Origin: Patescibacteria group bacterium
GTDB lineage: Bacteria > Patescibacteriota > Patescibacteriia > JAQUQO01
DNA: 64,000 nt
NCBI GenBank assembly: GCA_028716045.1
Contig: JAQUQO010000001.1
Location: 528,897-592,896, forward strand
Direction of reading: 5' to 3'
A model generated the notes under the pieces. That model was not told the origin of the DNA. It worked only from the letters and a program-made list of their open reading frames with translations, and searched no databases. Made by a program: the position numbers and the translations under genes. Below, piece after piece: positions 18,591-27,424 of the stretch; positions within the stretch are counted from its first letter, which is position 1, and the number at the start of each line of letters is the position of its first letter.

Positions 18591-19265
18591 CTATCCCTCG
18601 TCAGAAAAAATTTCTTTAACTGCCTCGTCTTTCGCCATTATTTTGTCGTCAATCTTTTTTTGAAGCCTTTCCAGTTCTTCGTCGGAAAAATTTTTAATAT
18701 CTTCCCAGGCCTTTTCTATTCTTTTGCTATTGGATGGCGACTCCGCCGGTGATTCTTCCGACCCTTTATAAGCGTGCTGCAACCCCAAAATCAATTCCTG
18801 GACTTCGGCCGGATGATGAACATAGCGTAATTTAATTTTCGTGCTGGTATTGGCTATCTGAAGCTGCACCGAACCGTATTTAAACATGGATTGCCAAAGC
18901 CCGCGCTGATGATAAGAAACTTCCTGAATTTTATCGTAAGTTATGCCGGAAACGGTTTTGTCAAAAAATCCTCTTTGGTCAAAATCAATCACGCGGTAAT
19001 TAGTGACAATGGAAGCGTTGTAATGCCATACCACGAAAATCTTTAGCGCGTAAACAATCCCGCACCCGAGAACCAAGAGGAAAAGAAGCACGCCCCAGAA
19101 TCCCCAAGAGAACAGTAAAAACATAAAAAAGAACGGGGCCAAAATCAAAATCAGGGCCAGAAGAATCTTAAAAAATAAAGTGAGAGGGTAACGCCGGATT
19201 ACTCTGATTATTTCTTCTCCCTCCCGTAAGTTTAAAATTTTATAAAATTTTTTTTCTCCGCTCAT
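18591..19265 (-). CDS. Bacterial PH-domain membrane protein
   Basis: LREGEEII..IRR, two TM helices, IVTNYRVI..QRGFF, KIQEVSY..GLWQSMFKYGSVQLQ. Confidence 0.75.
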   Translation of the reverse strand: MSGEKKFYKILNLREGEEIIRVIRRYPLTLFFKILLALILILAPFFFMFLLFSWGFWGVLLFLLVLGCGIVYALKIFVVWHYNASIVTNYRVIDFDQRGFFDKTVSGITYDKIQEVSYHQRGLWQSMFKYGSVQLQIANTSTKIKLRYVHHPAEVQELILGLQHAYKGSEESPAESPSNSKRIEKAWEDIKNFSDEELERLQKKIDDKIMAKDEAVKEIFSDEG

Positions 19266-19268
19266 AAG

Positions 19269-19889
19269 TTAAATATTGAAAAAATCTTTAATTTTTTTCA
19301 ATGATTCTCCGGCTCGCAAAACTTTAATTTTCTTGCCGGTAAAATCAATAATGGTTGACGGTCTCTTGCCTTTTAATTTTCCGCCGTCCAAAATAAGGTC
19401 GGGCTTGAATTTTCTTTTCTTAAAAATTTTATAAACACCCGCGGCAGTGTCCGGTGTTATTTTTCCTGAAATGTTGGCGGAAGTGGAGGTAAGCGGACGC
19501 TTTAATAACCGCGCGAGAGTCAACGCCGTTTTGTCATCGGGCATTCTTATCCCCACTTTCTTTCTCCCACCGCTAACCCATTCTGGCACAATTTTCCTTT
19601 TCTTCAGCACCAAAGTTATCGCTCCGGGCAAAAAATGTTCAGCAACTCGCCGCGCTGTTTCTGTAAGATACGCCCACCGACTAATATCCTTCTTTGAACC
19701 CACAGAAATAAGCAAAGGTTTCTTAAAATTTCGTCCTTTTATTTTATAAACTTTCTCTACCGCTTTTTTATTAAAAATATCCGCCCCGAGACCGTATAGA
19801 GTATCTGTCGGATAAACAATCGCCCCGCCACGCCGCAAAACCGCAACCGCTTCTTCGATAGATTTTTTTGTAATTTTTTTAATTATCAT
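19269..19889 (-). CDS. tsaC: L-threonylcarbamoyladenylate synthase (Sua5/YrdC)
   Basis: YPTDTLYGLGAD, KGRNFKKPL, PGAITLVL, TSTSANISG; start moved to ATG 19889. Confidence 0.92.
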   Translation of the reverse strand: MIIKKITKKSIEEAVAVLRRGGAIVYPTDTLYGLGADIFNKKAVEKVYKIKGRNFKKPLLISVGSKKDISRWAYLTETARRVAEHFLPGAITLVLKKRKIVPEWVSGGRKKVGIRMPDDKTALTLARLLKRPLTSTSANISGKITPDTAAGVYKIFKKRKFKPDLILDGGKLKGKRPSTIIDFTGKKIKVLRAGESLKKIKDFFNI

Positions 19890-19891
19890 GA

Positions 19892-20007
19892 TTCTAATGG
19901 CAAATTCCAAAATCCTAATGTCAAACAAAACCCAAATTACAAATAACAAACTTTATCGCCAAGTATTTAATGTCTGACATTTATTTGTCATTTGAAATTT
20001 GTAATTT
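19892..20007. repeat. Inverted pair of degenerate heptamer arrays
   Basis: NNCAAAT/NNCTAAT units at 19892-19951 face ATTTGNN units at 19983-20007; overlaps the murE C-terminus. Confidence 0.6.
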
Positions 20008-21342
20008 TTGCTTTATCGCTTCCCTCGCTTTTATCCTGTCGTCCCAGGGAATTTTTTTGCCTTTAGCCACGGCTATCGCCTGCTCCGCGCCCTTGCCCGT
20101 AATAACAACCAAATCCCCCGCTTCTGCCAGTTCCATGGCTTTTTTAATTGCCTCTCCCCGGTCTTCTATTTTAAATAAATTTTTGGCTAAAATTTTTCCT
20201 TCTTTAATAGCGCCTTCGGCCACTTCATCAATAATTAAGCTCGGAATATCGTCATAAGGGTCCTCATTAGTCACAATTACTATATTTGCTTCTTTGGCCG
20301 CCAAACTCCCAAGGATCGGCCGGCGGTTGCGGTCTCGCCCGCCGCCGCAGGAACCAAGAACGTGGATGACTTTCCTCGCGGAATTTTTTATACCGGACGA
20401 TTTCAGGGCTTCATACATTTTAGCAAAAGAAGCCGGTTCCGGAGCGTAGTCAACCAATACGCGGAAGGGCTGGCCTTCTTCTATAAATTCCATCCTGCCC
20501 GGCAAACCGGGAATTTTTTCTAAAGCCCGCCGGCAAGTTTCCAAATCAATATCTTGAGATAAAGCCACGGCAATAGCCGCGAGCGAATTATAGATATTAA
20601 ATTCGCCAAGAAGTTTTAAATTAAAAACTGTTCCCTTGACTTCAAAGCTCACCCCCCCCTGATTCAAAAGAATTTTTTCCGCTTGAACAATGCGGCTGAT
20701 GTTCGCTCCTCCCCGGCCTTCAATGCCATAACCCCAGGCCTCATCAGTTTCAAAACGCAAAAAATCTAAAAAATATTCATCATCAATATTAACTACACTC
20801 GTCTTTTTTATATTAACTGGTTTATTTTTTAAATAAACCTTCTTGATGGTGCCGCGGGCGGTATGCCTGAATAATTCCATTTTAGCTTTTTTATAATTTT
20901 CAAAACCGCCGTGCGATTCCAAATGCTCCGGCGTCAGGTTGGTAAAAACCGCCACGTCATAATTGATACCAAAGTGACGAAATTGCTTAATGCCCTCGGA
21001 CGAAGTTTCTACTATGGCGTATTCGCAACCGGCGCGCACCATGTCTTTTAATAACTTCTGTAATTTAAAACGGCCAAGCATGGTCATTTTAGTATCATTA
21101 AGCCACTCTTTCTCCGCGATTTTAAAATTGGCAGTGGAAGTCCAGCCGACTTTGTAGCCCGCCTCTTCCAAAATCCGGCCAATGAGATTGACGGTGGTGG
21201 ATTTACCGTTGGTTCCCGTCACGCCAATGACCACCATTTTCCCCGACGGATGACCATAAAAAATATCAGCCATTACGGCTAATGACTTATAGTAAAAAGC
21301 TAACACAAACTTCGGGATAAATTTTTTGATGAATTCTTTCAT
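19981..21342 (-). CDS. murE: UDP-N-acetylmuramyl-tripeptide synthetase
   Basis: GVTGTNGKSTT, ETSSEG, FTNLTPEHLESHG, PGRMEF, GGGRD, NEDPY, GKGAEQ. Confidence 0.92.
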   Translation of the reverse strand: MKEFIKKFIPKFVLAFYYKSLAVMADIFYGHPSGKMVVIGVTGTNGKSTTVNLIGRILEEAGYKVGWTSTANFKIAEKEWLNDTKMTMLGRFKLQKLLKDMVRAGCEYAIVETSSEGIKQFRHFGINYDVAVFTNLTPEHLESHGGFENYKKAKMELFRHTARGTIKKVYLKNKPVNIKKTSVVNIDDEYFLDFLRFETDEAWGYGIEGRGGANISRIVQAEKILLNQGGVSFEVKGTVFNLKLLGEFNIYNSLAAIAVALSQDIDLETCRRALEKIPGLPGRMEFIEEGQPFRVLVDYAPEPASFAKMYEALKSSGIKNSARKVIHVLGSCGGGRDRNRRPILGSLAAKEANIVIVTNEDPYDDIPSLIIDEVAEGAIKEGKILAKNLFKIEDRGEAIKKAMELAEAGDLVVITGKGAEQAIAVAKGKKIPWDDRIKAREAIKQKLQISNDK

Positions 21343-21383
21343 TAAATACAGATTATCATTTAACCGCATTTTTTTCAAGAACT

Positions 21384-21415
21384 AAAAAAGCCCTGCGTTT
21401 TTCGCGCAGGGCTTT
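21384..21415 (-). terminator. Intrinsic terminator of the orphan gene 21488-22216
   Basis: AAAAAAGCCCTGCG..CGCAGGGCTTT. Confidence 0.8.
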
Positions 21416-21487
21416 GTGATTTTGAAAAAAAGTTATAGGGCTTTTGATATTTCTCAAGGGATGTTTTGACTGCTTCTCTACTTATTA

Positions 21488-22216
21488 TTAATTTGACGGC
21501 AAGGTCTTCAGGGCGTTTTCCAGTTTCTCCCTTATTTCTTGGGCATGTTTCGATTTACTCCTGTCTTTGGATTTTTTAATCCCATCGATGATTGATTCTA
21601 TATTAGAAATAAGGTGCTGGTTATTTGCTTTTGTAGAATCAAACTTAACAATCAAATCCGACAGGCCAGAAAACCTCTGCAAAATATCCAAAATATATTC
21701 GGGGTCATTGGCAGTAATTCGCTGAGTGCCATTGAAAGCTGAAAGTGTAAAGCTCTCGCAATCCCAATTTGCTAATTTCCAGTGGCCAATACTCGGGGTG
21801 TGCAGGATATAAACCTTGCGAAACCATCCTCCTTGGCGAATATATAACACCGGTCCGCCCACCTCATAATAAGGAGGGTTGGGCGATAACTTAGAATCTT
21901 CGTGGCAATGAAGAATACCCCTATCATCGCGAAATATAAATAAGGATTTTCCTATTATATTATTTGCGAAAAATGAACGCGCCATTGCTATACCACAACA
22001 CCCAGTAAACAATACTACGAAAGCCCACGTAATTTTCTCTGCTCCCGAATTTTCCGGATTTAACATTCCTTTGGTGAGAAAAAGTGGCGTAAATATTATA
22101 AACAAAAAACCTAAAACCCCAAAAACCGGATGGAGTATTCTGTCTCGTCCAGGATTTCTATAATTTCTACATCGTTCCTTACACTTAGTAAATTTTGCTT
22201 CTATTAACTTTTCCAT
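21488..22216 (-). CDS. Orphan two-TM membrane protein
   Basis: 242-aa ORF with SD AAGGAG, own promoter (TTGACA 22365-22370, TATATT 22342-22347) and terminator. Confidence 0.65.
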   Translation of the reverse strand: MEKLIEAKFTKCKERCRNYRNPGRDRILHPVFGVLGFLFIIFTPLFLTKGMLNPENSGAEKITWAFVVLFTGCCGIAMARSFFANNIIGKSLFIFRDDRGILHCHEDSKLSPNPPYYEVGGPVLYIRQGGWFRKVYILHTPSIGHWKLANWDCESFTLSAFNGTQRITANDPEYILDILQRFSGLSDLIVKFDSTKANNQHLISNIESIIDGIKKSKDRSKSKHAQEIREKLENALKTLPSN

Positions 22217-22456
22217 CTCTTTTTCTCCTTCCTAACTGACAGGCCCATCTCTCCTGCCAGTAGAAGTGCCGTGATTGGCCCTTCCCGCACTATGCGGGAC
22301 ATTCCAACCAGGGCTATTTCAAAGAACCTTAATATCTGTTAAATATAACTTATCTTGGGGGTTTTGTCAAGACCCTGAGCGCTTTAAGCATCGAAGGGGC
22401 AACTCCAAAAACAAAAAAACGGCTGAAATAAGCCATTTTCTACTTAGCATCTCCTA

Positions 22457-22580
22457 AAATCCCTCTCTAACTCTCCCTTTTTCAAAGGGAGAGGACTTAC
22501 CTCTAAATCTTATTTTAGAATAACCGTCTCCCCCTTTGAAAAAGGGGGTGCCCTGAGCGAAGTCGAAGGGCGGGGGATTT
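22457..22580. repeat. Paired CCCTTT.AAAGGG palindromic repeat with a nested CCCTGAGCGAAGTCGAAGGG insert
   Basis: AAATCCCTCT..CTCCCTTTTTCAAAGGGAG and CCCCCTTTGAAAAAGGGGG..GGGGATTT; related insert at 22373-22399 and on the opposite strand at 13969-13986. Confidence 0.7.
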
Positions 22581-22587
22581 TTTATCT

Positions 22588-24033
22588 CTATAAATTTCTT
22601 ACTTCCCTCACAAACTGGTCTCCGCGGTCAAATTCATTTATAAACAATCCGAAGCTGGCGGCGCCGGGAGATAATAAAACAATATCACCACGAGTAGCAA
22701 TCTCTTTCGCCCAACTGACAGCATCGCTCATTGTTAAAATTGGATACGGGATGCCTGCCGGCGGTTCGACTGAGCTCACCGAAGTCCGGCTAGGCAGGTC
22801 TGATTTTTGATATTTGATATTTTTTAACTCTTTTAATATCTTCTCGCTGGCATCGCCCTTAAATAAAATCACCGACTTGGTATATTTTTTAATATATCTC
22901 GCCAGCTCTTTAAAATCTAATTTTTTGTCCGCCCCGCCGGACAGCAGAATAATGTTTTTCTTTTTCCCGCCGAGCGCCTTCAGAGAAGTAATCGCGGCGT
23001 CCGGCGCGGTGGCCGTGGTATCATTGATATATTTCACTCCCCCGACTTCCCGCACGAGTTCCAAGCGGCTGGGTACGCCTTTAAAATTTTTAATCGCCGA
23101 GCGGATTATTTTAGCGGGTGCACCGGCGACTCCGGCCATCGCCACGGCCCCCAAAATATTTTCCAAATTATGTTCGCCGAGTAATTTTATTTCTCTCACC
23201 GGCAGGACTCTTGTCTCCTTGCCGTTATTTCTGAATTTTATCCAGCCATCGGGAGTAATAAAACTTCCGTTTTCACCGGCGAAATATTTTTTAGAAAACC
23301 AGAACCGGCGCGATAAAACTTCCCGGCCCATGGCTAAAGTATGGCGATTGTCGCGGTTTAAAATAACGCTGTCGTCGGGAGTTTGAAAAGTATAAACAAG
23401 CTTCTTGGCTGATTTATAATCCTCCAAATCCTTGTAACGATTCAAATGGTCGGGAAAGATATTGGTGATTAGAGAAATTCGCGGACTGCGTTTGATGCGC
23501 GCCAGGCCTTCAAGCTGCCAGGAGGAAAGTTCCAAAACAACCGGCGTGTCCGCCGCGATTTTATCTAAATCATCCAACGGCGATTTGCGGATATTGCCCG
23601 CCACTACGGTTTTTTTATCCAACTTTTTGAAAATCTCTCCGGCTAAGACCGTGGTCGTGGTCTTGCCCTTGGTGCCGGTAATGCCAAAAATCGGGGCGGG
23701 GCAATATTCAAAAAAAATACTGACATCCGTGGCAATGGGCACGCCGTTTTGTTCGGCGATTTTTAAAAATTTTGATTCCCGCGGCACGCCGGGATTTTGA
23801 ATAATCAAATCGGTATTTTTAAAATCAGCTTCGGGGTGTTTTCCTAAAACAAATTTAACTTTTAAGCCCCGCAGTAAAGCGATTGATTTTTGAAGCTGCT
23901 TTCTTGTTTTAAGGTCAGTGACTAAAACCTTGGCGCCGTGGCGAATAAGCCACCGTGTTACTCCCACCCCGCCGCCATGAAGACCAAGCCCCATGACCGT
24001 GACGCGCCTTCCTTTAAATTCGCTGATTTTCAT
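22588..24033 (-). CDS. murD: UDP-N-acetylmuramoyl-L-alanine--D-glutamate ligase
   Basis: MGLGLHGGG, GITGTKGKTTT, ELSSWQL, NDTTAT, LLSPGAASF..NEFDRG. Confidence 0.95.
   Translation of the reverse strand: MKISEFKGRRVTVMGLGLHGGGVGVTRWLIRHGAKVLVTDLKTRKQLQKSIALLRGLKVKFVLGKHPEADFKNTDLIIQNPGVPRESKFLKIAEQNGVPIATDVSIFFEYCPAPIFGITGTKGKTTTTVLAGEIFKKLDKKTVVAGNIRKSPLDDLDKIAADTPVVLELSSWQLEGLARIKRSPRISLITNIFPDHLNRYKDLEDYKSAKKLVYTFQTPDDSVILNRDNRHTLAMGREVLSRRFWFSKKYFAGENGSFITPDGWIKFRNNGKETRVLPVREIKLLGEHNLENILGAVAMAGVAGAPAKIIRSAIKNFKGVPSRLELVREVGGVKYINDTTATAPDAAITSLKALGGKKKNIILLSGGADKKLDFKELARYIKKYTKSVILFKGDASEKILKELKNIKYQKSDLPSRTSVSSVEPPAGIPYPILTMSDAVSWAKEIATRGDIVLLSPGAASFGLFINEFDRGDQFVREVRNL
22752..22798. 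repeat. In-frame nested palindromic insertion in murD
   Basis: TGCCTGCCGG-[CGGTTCGACTGAGCTCACCGAAGT]-CCGGCTAGGCAGG encodes DLPSRTSVSSVEPPAGI; both components recur in intergenic DNA. Confidence 0.8.
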
Positions 24034-24123
24034 ATTACCTCATCATATTATATTATCGGCTATTTTTCAATAATAACCAACGGCGATTGGCTCCAAACCA
24101 AGTATTTGCTATACTATTACCAT

Positions 24124-24624
24124 ATGACTGAAACATTAATAAACGCCGTAAAAAATCTGCCGCCGGAACTGGCCGTGCTGATTTTAGCTATGTTCCCGCT
24201 CACCGAACTTCGCGCTTCCATCCCCCTCGGCTTAACTATTTTTCATCTGAATGTCTTCTCAACTTTTATTTTTTCGGTAATCGGCGACATCATACCCATG
24301 CTCGTAATTATTTACCTTCTGGAGCCGGCCTCTTTATGGCTTAGTAAAAAATGGCGGCTGGCGGAAAAATTCTTTAACTGGCTGTTCGCCCGCACGCGAC
24401 GCAAATTTACCGGCAACTATCAAAAATACGGAGAAATAGGCCTGATGATTTTTGTCGCCATCCCCCTCCCTCTTACCGGTTCCTGGACCGGCGCGGTCGC
24501 CGCTTTCCTTTTCGGCATACCGAAAAAACGGGCGATAATTTTTATCAGCGCCGGGGTGGTTTTAGCGGGAATTGCTGTCACCATTCTAAGTTTAAGCGGA
24601 ATAACTTTGTTTAATAATTTTTAG
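24124..24624 (+). CDS. COG2426 small multidrug-export family membrane protein
   Basis: MFPLTELRASIPLG, GLMIFVAIPLPLTGSWTGAVAA; start moved to ATG 24124. Confidence 0.85.
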   Translation: MTETLINAVKNLPPELAVLILAMFPLTELRASIPLGLTIFHLNVFSTFIFSVIGDIIPMLVIIYLLEPASLWLSKKWRLAEKFFNWLFARTRRKFTGNYQKYGEIGLMIFVAIPLPLTGSWTGAVAAFLFGIPKKRAIIFISAGVVLAGIAVTILSLSGITLFNNF

Positions 24625-24636
24625 CGAGAGTTATTT

Positions 24637-25524
24637 ATGAACAAATTATTTTTTACTGTTTTTCTTTTCGCGCTATTGGTCGGACCGGCTCTCGCTGCGA
24701 CTCCGCCATCTCTCACGAAAGAAACTGACGAGCCCAAAACTCCTTTGGAAATTTTTAAAGAAAACAGGAAATTAATAAAAATATCTTCTACCAAGGCGGC
24801 TAAGATATTGACGGAAAAAATCCCCCAGACAATCAATTCTTCGCGCGTCGTCTGGATTAACGAAAAGCCATACTACTCTTTTGACGGCACTCAAGAAATA
24901 GAGGAAGCGGACGGAGTCCAAATTAAATTTAAAACCACTTATAATGTCAGCGCGGAAAACGGAGAAATTGCGGAAATTTCCAAAGCGCTCGCTTTTAAAA
25001 AAGGAGGGGGTGAAAGAATAGAGCCGAATAACGATCTCCTTCTCCTTGTGGGCAATGACTTTCTCTATATCTACAACGTCCCGCCGGAACTAAAAGAAAA
25101 AATTCGCGCTAAAATGATGCTCCACTATTTCCAACCGCTAATCAGTTTTCCCACCATAAATGACATCCGCCAACCCTACATCGCGAAACAGACTATAAAA
25201 ATTTTAGTCCAACAAAAAAAGGATTGCGATTCTCTGCTGGTAACGCACGGGCGACTGCTGGCGGAAATAGCCGGCGCTGAATATGATTTGAAGGTAATAA
25301 AAACTAGGTTGTGGTCACTGCCCTCCATCTGGGACGACGAATGTCTGCTTAAGACGGCCGACGCGGACGGAACGGAGGCGCTGCTAACCGAATTGAACAA
25401 AAAAGAACTGTTGGAACAAGTTAAAGAAGGATTTATTGAATCTAAATTGACTGTTTACTGGGATTCCGTCAGAAATGCTTTTTGGAGATTTATCTTCAGA
25501 GTGCAGAATTTGTTTAGAAAATAA
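24637..25524 (+). CDS. Secreted hypothetical protein
   Basis: Signal peptide (PALA), 295-aa ORF followed by a terminator hairpin. Confidence 0.65.
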   Translation: MNKLFFTVFLFALLVGPALAATPPSLTKETDEPKTPLEIFKENRKLIKISSTKAAKILTEKIPQTINSSRVVWINEKPYYSFDGTQEIEEADGVQIKFKTTYNVSAENGEIAEISKALAFKKGGGERIEPNNDLLLLVGNDFLYIYNVPPELKEKIRAKMMLHYFQPLISFPTINDIRQPYIAKQTIKILVQQKKDCDSLLVTHGRLLAEIAGAEYDLKVIKTRLWSLPSIWDDECLLKTADADGTEALLTELNKKELLEQVKEGFIESKLTVYWDSVRNAFWRFIFRVQNLFRK

Positions 25525-25620
25525 GAAATGATTTAAAAACCCTCCTCGGTTTATCCGGGGAGGGTATTTGTTTTTAATAAAAAACCACCGCCATTTTAAT
25601 AGCTGTGGTGATTTATATTA

Positions 25621-25827
25621 TTATCGGGTAAATCTGAAATGAGCGGCCTCATTCATTTTAAAGCGCGCGGCACGAATTTTGTCCATACCATCTTTAATGG
25701 CTTCTGAAAATCTAACGGAAAAACCTTCCATTCTCTTCCTGGTTTTTCCGAGATCTTCAACTGCTTCCTCGCCGAAAATTTGTATTGCTAATCCATAAAA
25801 ACGACCGCCTTTTTCTTCTCTATGCAT
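25621..25827 (-). CDS. Small hypothetical protein
   Basis: SD GGAGG; hairpin at 25579-25613 downstream. Confidence 0.5.
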   Translation of the reverse strand: MHREEKGGRFYGLAIQIFGEEAVEDLGKTRKRMEGFSVRFSEAIKDGMDKIRAARFKMNEAAHFRFTR

Positions 25828-25900
25828 CTTGCACCTCCGTTTAATCCTTAATAACTACAAAACAAGCATACTTTATTATGAACGTCGAAGGGAGATAACT

Positions 25901-26182
25901 TTACTCATAAGAATCGTCGGGAAGGACCTCAATGTCATCTATCCCGGCGTCTACAACGATACGTTCTCTCACTTTAAGTTTCATTGGATATCCGACTCGA
26001 AACTGTATATCATGCAGATTTATCCTAAAAGAGAGCTTATCAACTTTCCGATTCGTTTCCCTGAGTCCTTCTACGATTCTTTTTGCCCGTTTGTTAATTT
26101 CCCCAAACTGTTTGTTAAAAAGGGCTGAGATTTGCTTAATAATATTGCTTTCTTCTTTAGAAAAATCTTTTTCTTCTACCAT
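25901..26182 (-). CDS. Small hypothetical protein
   Basis: SD GGAGG; part of a run of co-oriented small ORFs. Confidence 0.5.
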   Translation of the reverse strand: MVEEKDFSKEESNIIKQISALFNKQFGEINKRAKRIVEGLRETNRKVDKLSFRINLHDIQFRVGYPMKLKVRERIVVDAGIDDIEVLPDDSYE

Positions 26183-26279
26183 CGCCGATTCCTCCCTTCC
26201 ATCTTTTTCTTCTTGTAAAAAGAAAATTTATCCCTCTCTGTTGCTTTTTCTATTACCATTTCACACCTCCGTATAATTT

Positions 26280-26474
26280 TTAAAGGTCAGGATTTTTTGA
26301 CAACCAAGCCAATGTCAAAAAGAAATTCTCAATTTTCTCCCAAATCTGGCTGTACCAAGGTTTGGGAGGACTTTTGAGAGAGTATACTCCACCCTTAAGC
26401 TCAAAATTATCCCGAATTATTTTTTCCCCTTCTCTCCGCTTCCTTTCTTCCCGCCTCTTACTTTTCTTATCCAT
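26280..26474 (-). CDS. Small basic hypothetical protein
   Basis: 64-aa ORF with a purine-rich leader (AAAGGA). Confidence 0.45.
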   Translation of the reverse strand: MDKKSKRREERKRREGEKIIRDNFELKGGVYSLKSPPKPWYSQIWEKIENFFLTLAWLSKNPDL

Positions 26475-26695
26475 TTTTTTCTTTCCTTTCTATCCCAATC
26501 TTAAATGTTCAGCGTTCTGCTCTTACTCTTAAACCTAAAATTTCAGGAGTGACAGTTTTCATCGGCTGAATTTCTTTCTCAATATTTTTTCTTAATTCAG
26601 TTCCGATTTTAAGCAACCCAATATCCTCTTGCAAGAACTTCTATTTTTATTCATTTTTACCTCGGTTTTGATTGTTAATGTTCAACTCTTTATTT

Positions 26696-27271
26696 TTACC
26701 CCCTCCTGATTTTGATATCGTATAAAATTTCCTCAATCTTTTTTAAATTGTGCTTTGCCTGGTCGTATTTGACGCGCAAGTAACTCGTCAGATTCATTTG
26801 AATAAGTTCGGCCATAATTTCTTCCAGCACATCCTTCGCCTCCTCCGCCGCTTTGTAATTTCCCTTGTTGGCCTGGTTAATCGCCCGCCGGACAATCTCG
26901 CCCGTCAGGTCGCAAACCCCGCCGATATAGGAATCAAAATTAATCTCCATTTCTTTTATTTCACCAATTTTCCCCTTTTCCAAAAACATGCAAAATAATT
27001 TTGCTTCCACATATTCTTCCACCGCCGCGCGATACGACCCTTCACTATTTAAAATTTCCTGATTTTTTATTTTCTTTTTCAGGTCGGCAAAAATGGCCTC
27101 CACTTCTCCGAGCGTCTTTTTGGCTTCCGCTAAATTCTCCCGATGAAGAGAAAAAATCGCCTGTTTGGATTTATGTAAGGCGTCTCCCGTATATCTAATA
27201 ATCTGCCGGCGATAACCGACGTATTCCAGAAAATCTTTTCTAAGCTGCGCGAAAAACTTTTTGTTAATCAT
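26696..27271 (-). CDS. Translin family protein
   Basis: SKQAIFSLHR, AVEEYVEA, YIGGVCDLTGEIVRRA. Confidence 0.8.
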   Translation of the reverse strand: MINKKFFAQLRKDFLEYVGYRRQIIRYTGDALHKSKQAIFSLHRENLAEAKKTLGEVEAIFADLKKKIKNQEILNSEGSYRAAVEEYVEAKLFCMFLEKGKIGEIKEMEINFDSYIGGVCDLTGEIVRRAINQANKGNYKAAEEAKDVLEEIMAELIQMNLTSYLRVKYDQAKHNLKKIEEILYDIKIRRG

Positions 27272-27415
27272 TTATTTTTGAGCCGGCTGTAAGCGGCTTT
27301 TAAGTTCTTTGATTAATTTGTCTTTTTCTTCTTCGCTCACAGCTATTCTCCTTATCCGCGCCTTCTCCCTCCTTAAATACTTCTTGCCGCCACGACTTAA
27401 TTTAAACTGTTCCAT
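27272..27415 (-). CDS. 47-aa basic helical protein (below the ORF-track cutoff)
   Basis: MEQFKLSRGGKKYLRREKARIRRIAVSEEEKDKLIKELKSRLQPAQK*; fills the gap, and its stop abuts the translin start. Confidence 0.7.
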   Translation of the reverse strand: MEQFKLSRGGKKYLRREKARIRRIAVSEEEKDKLIKELKSRLQPAQK

Positions 27416-27424
27416 ATTGAAAAT

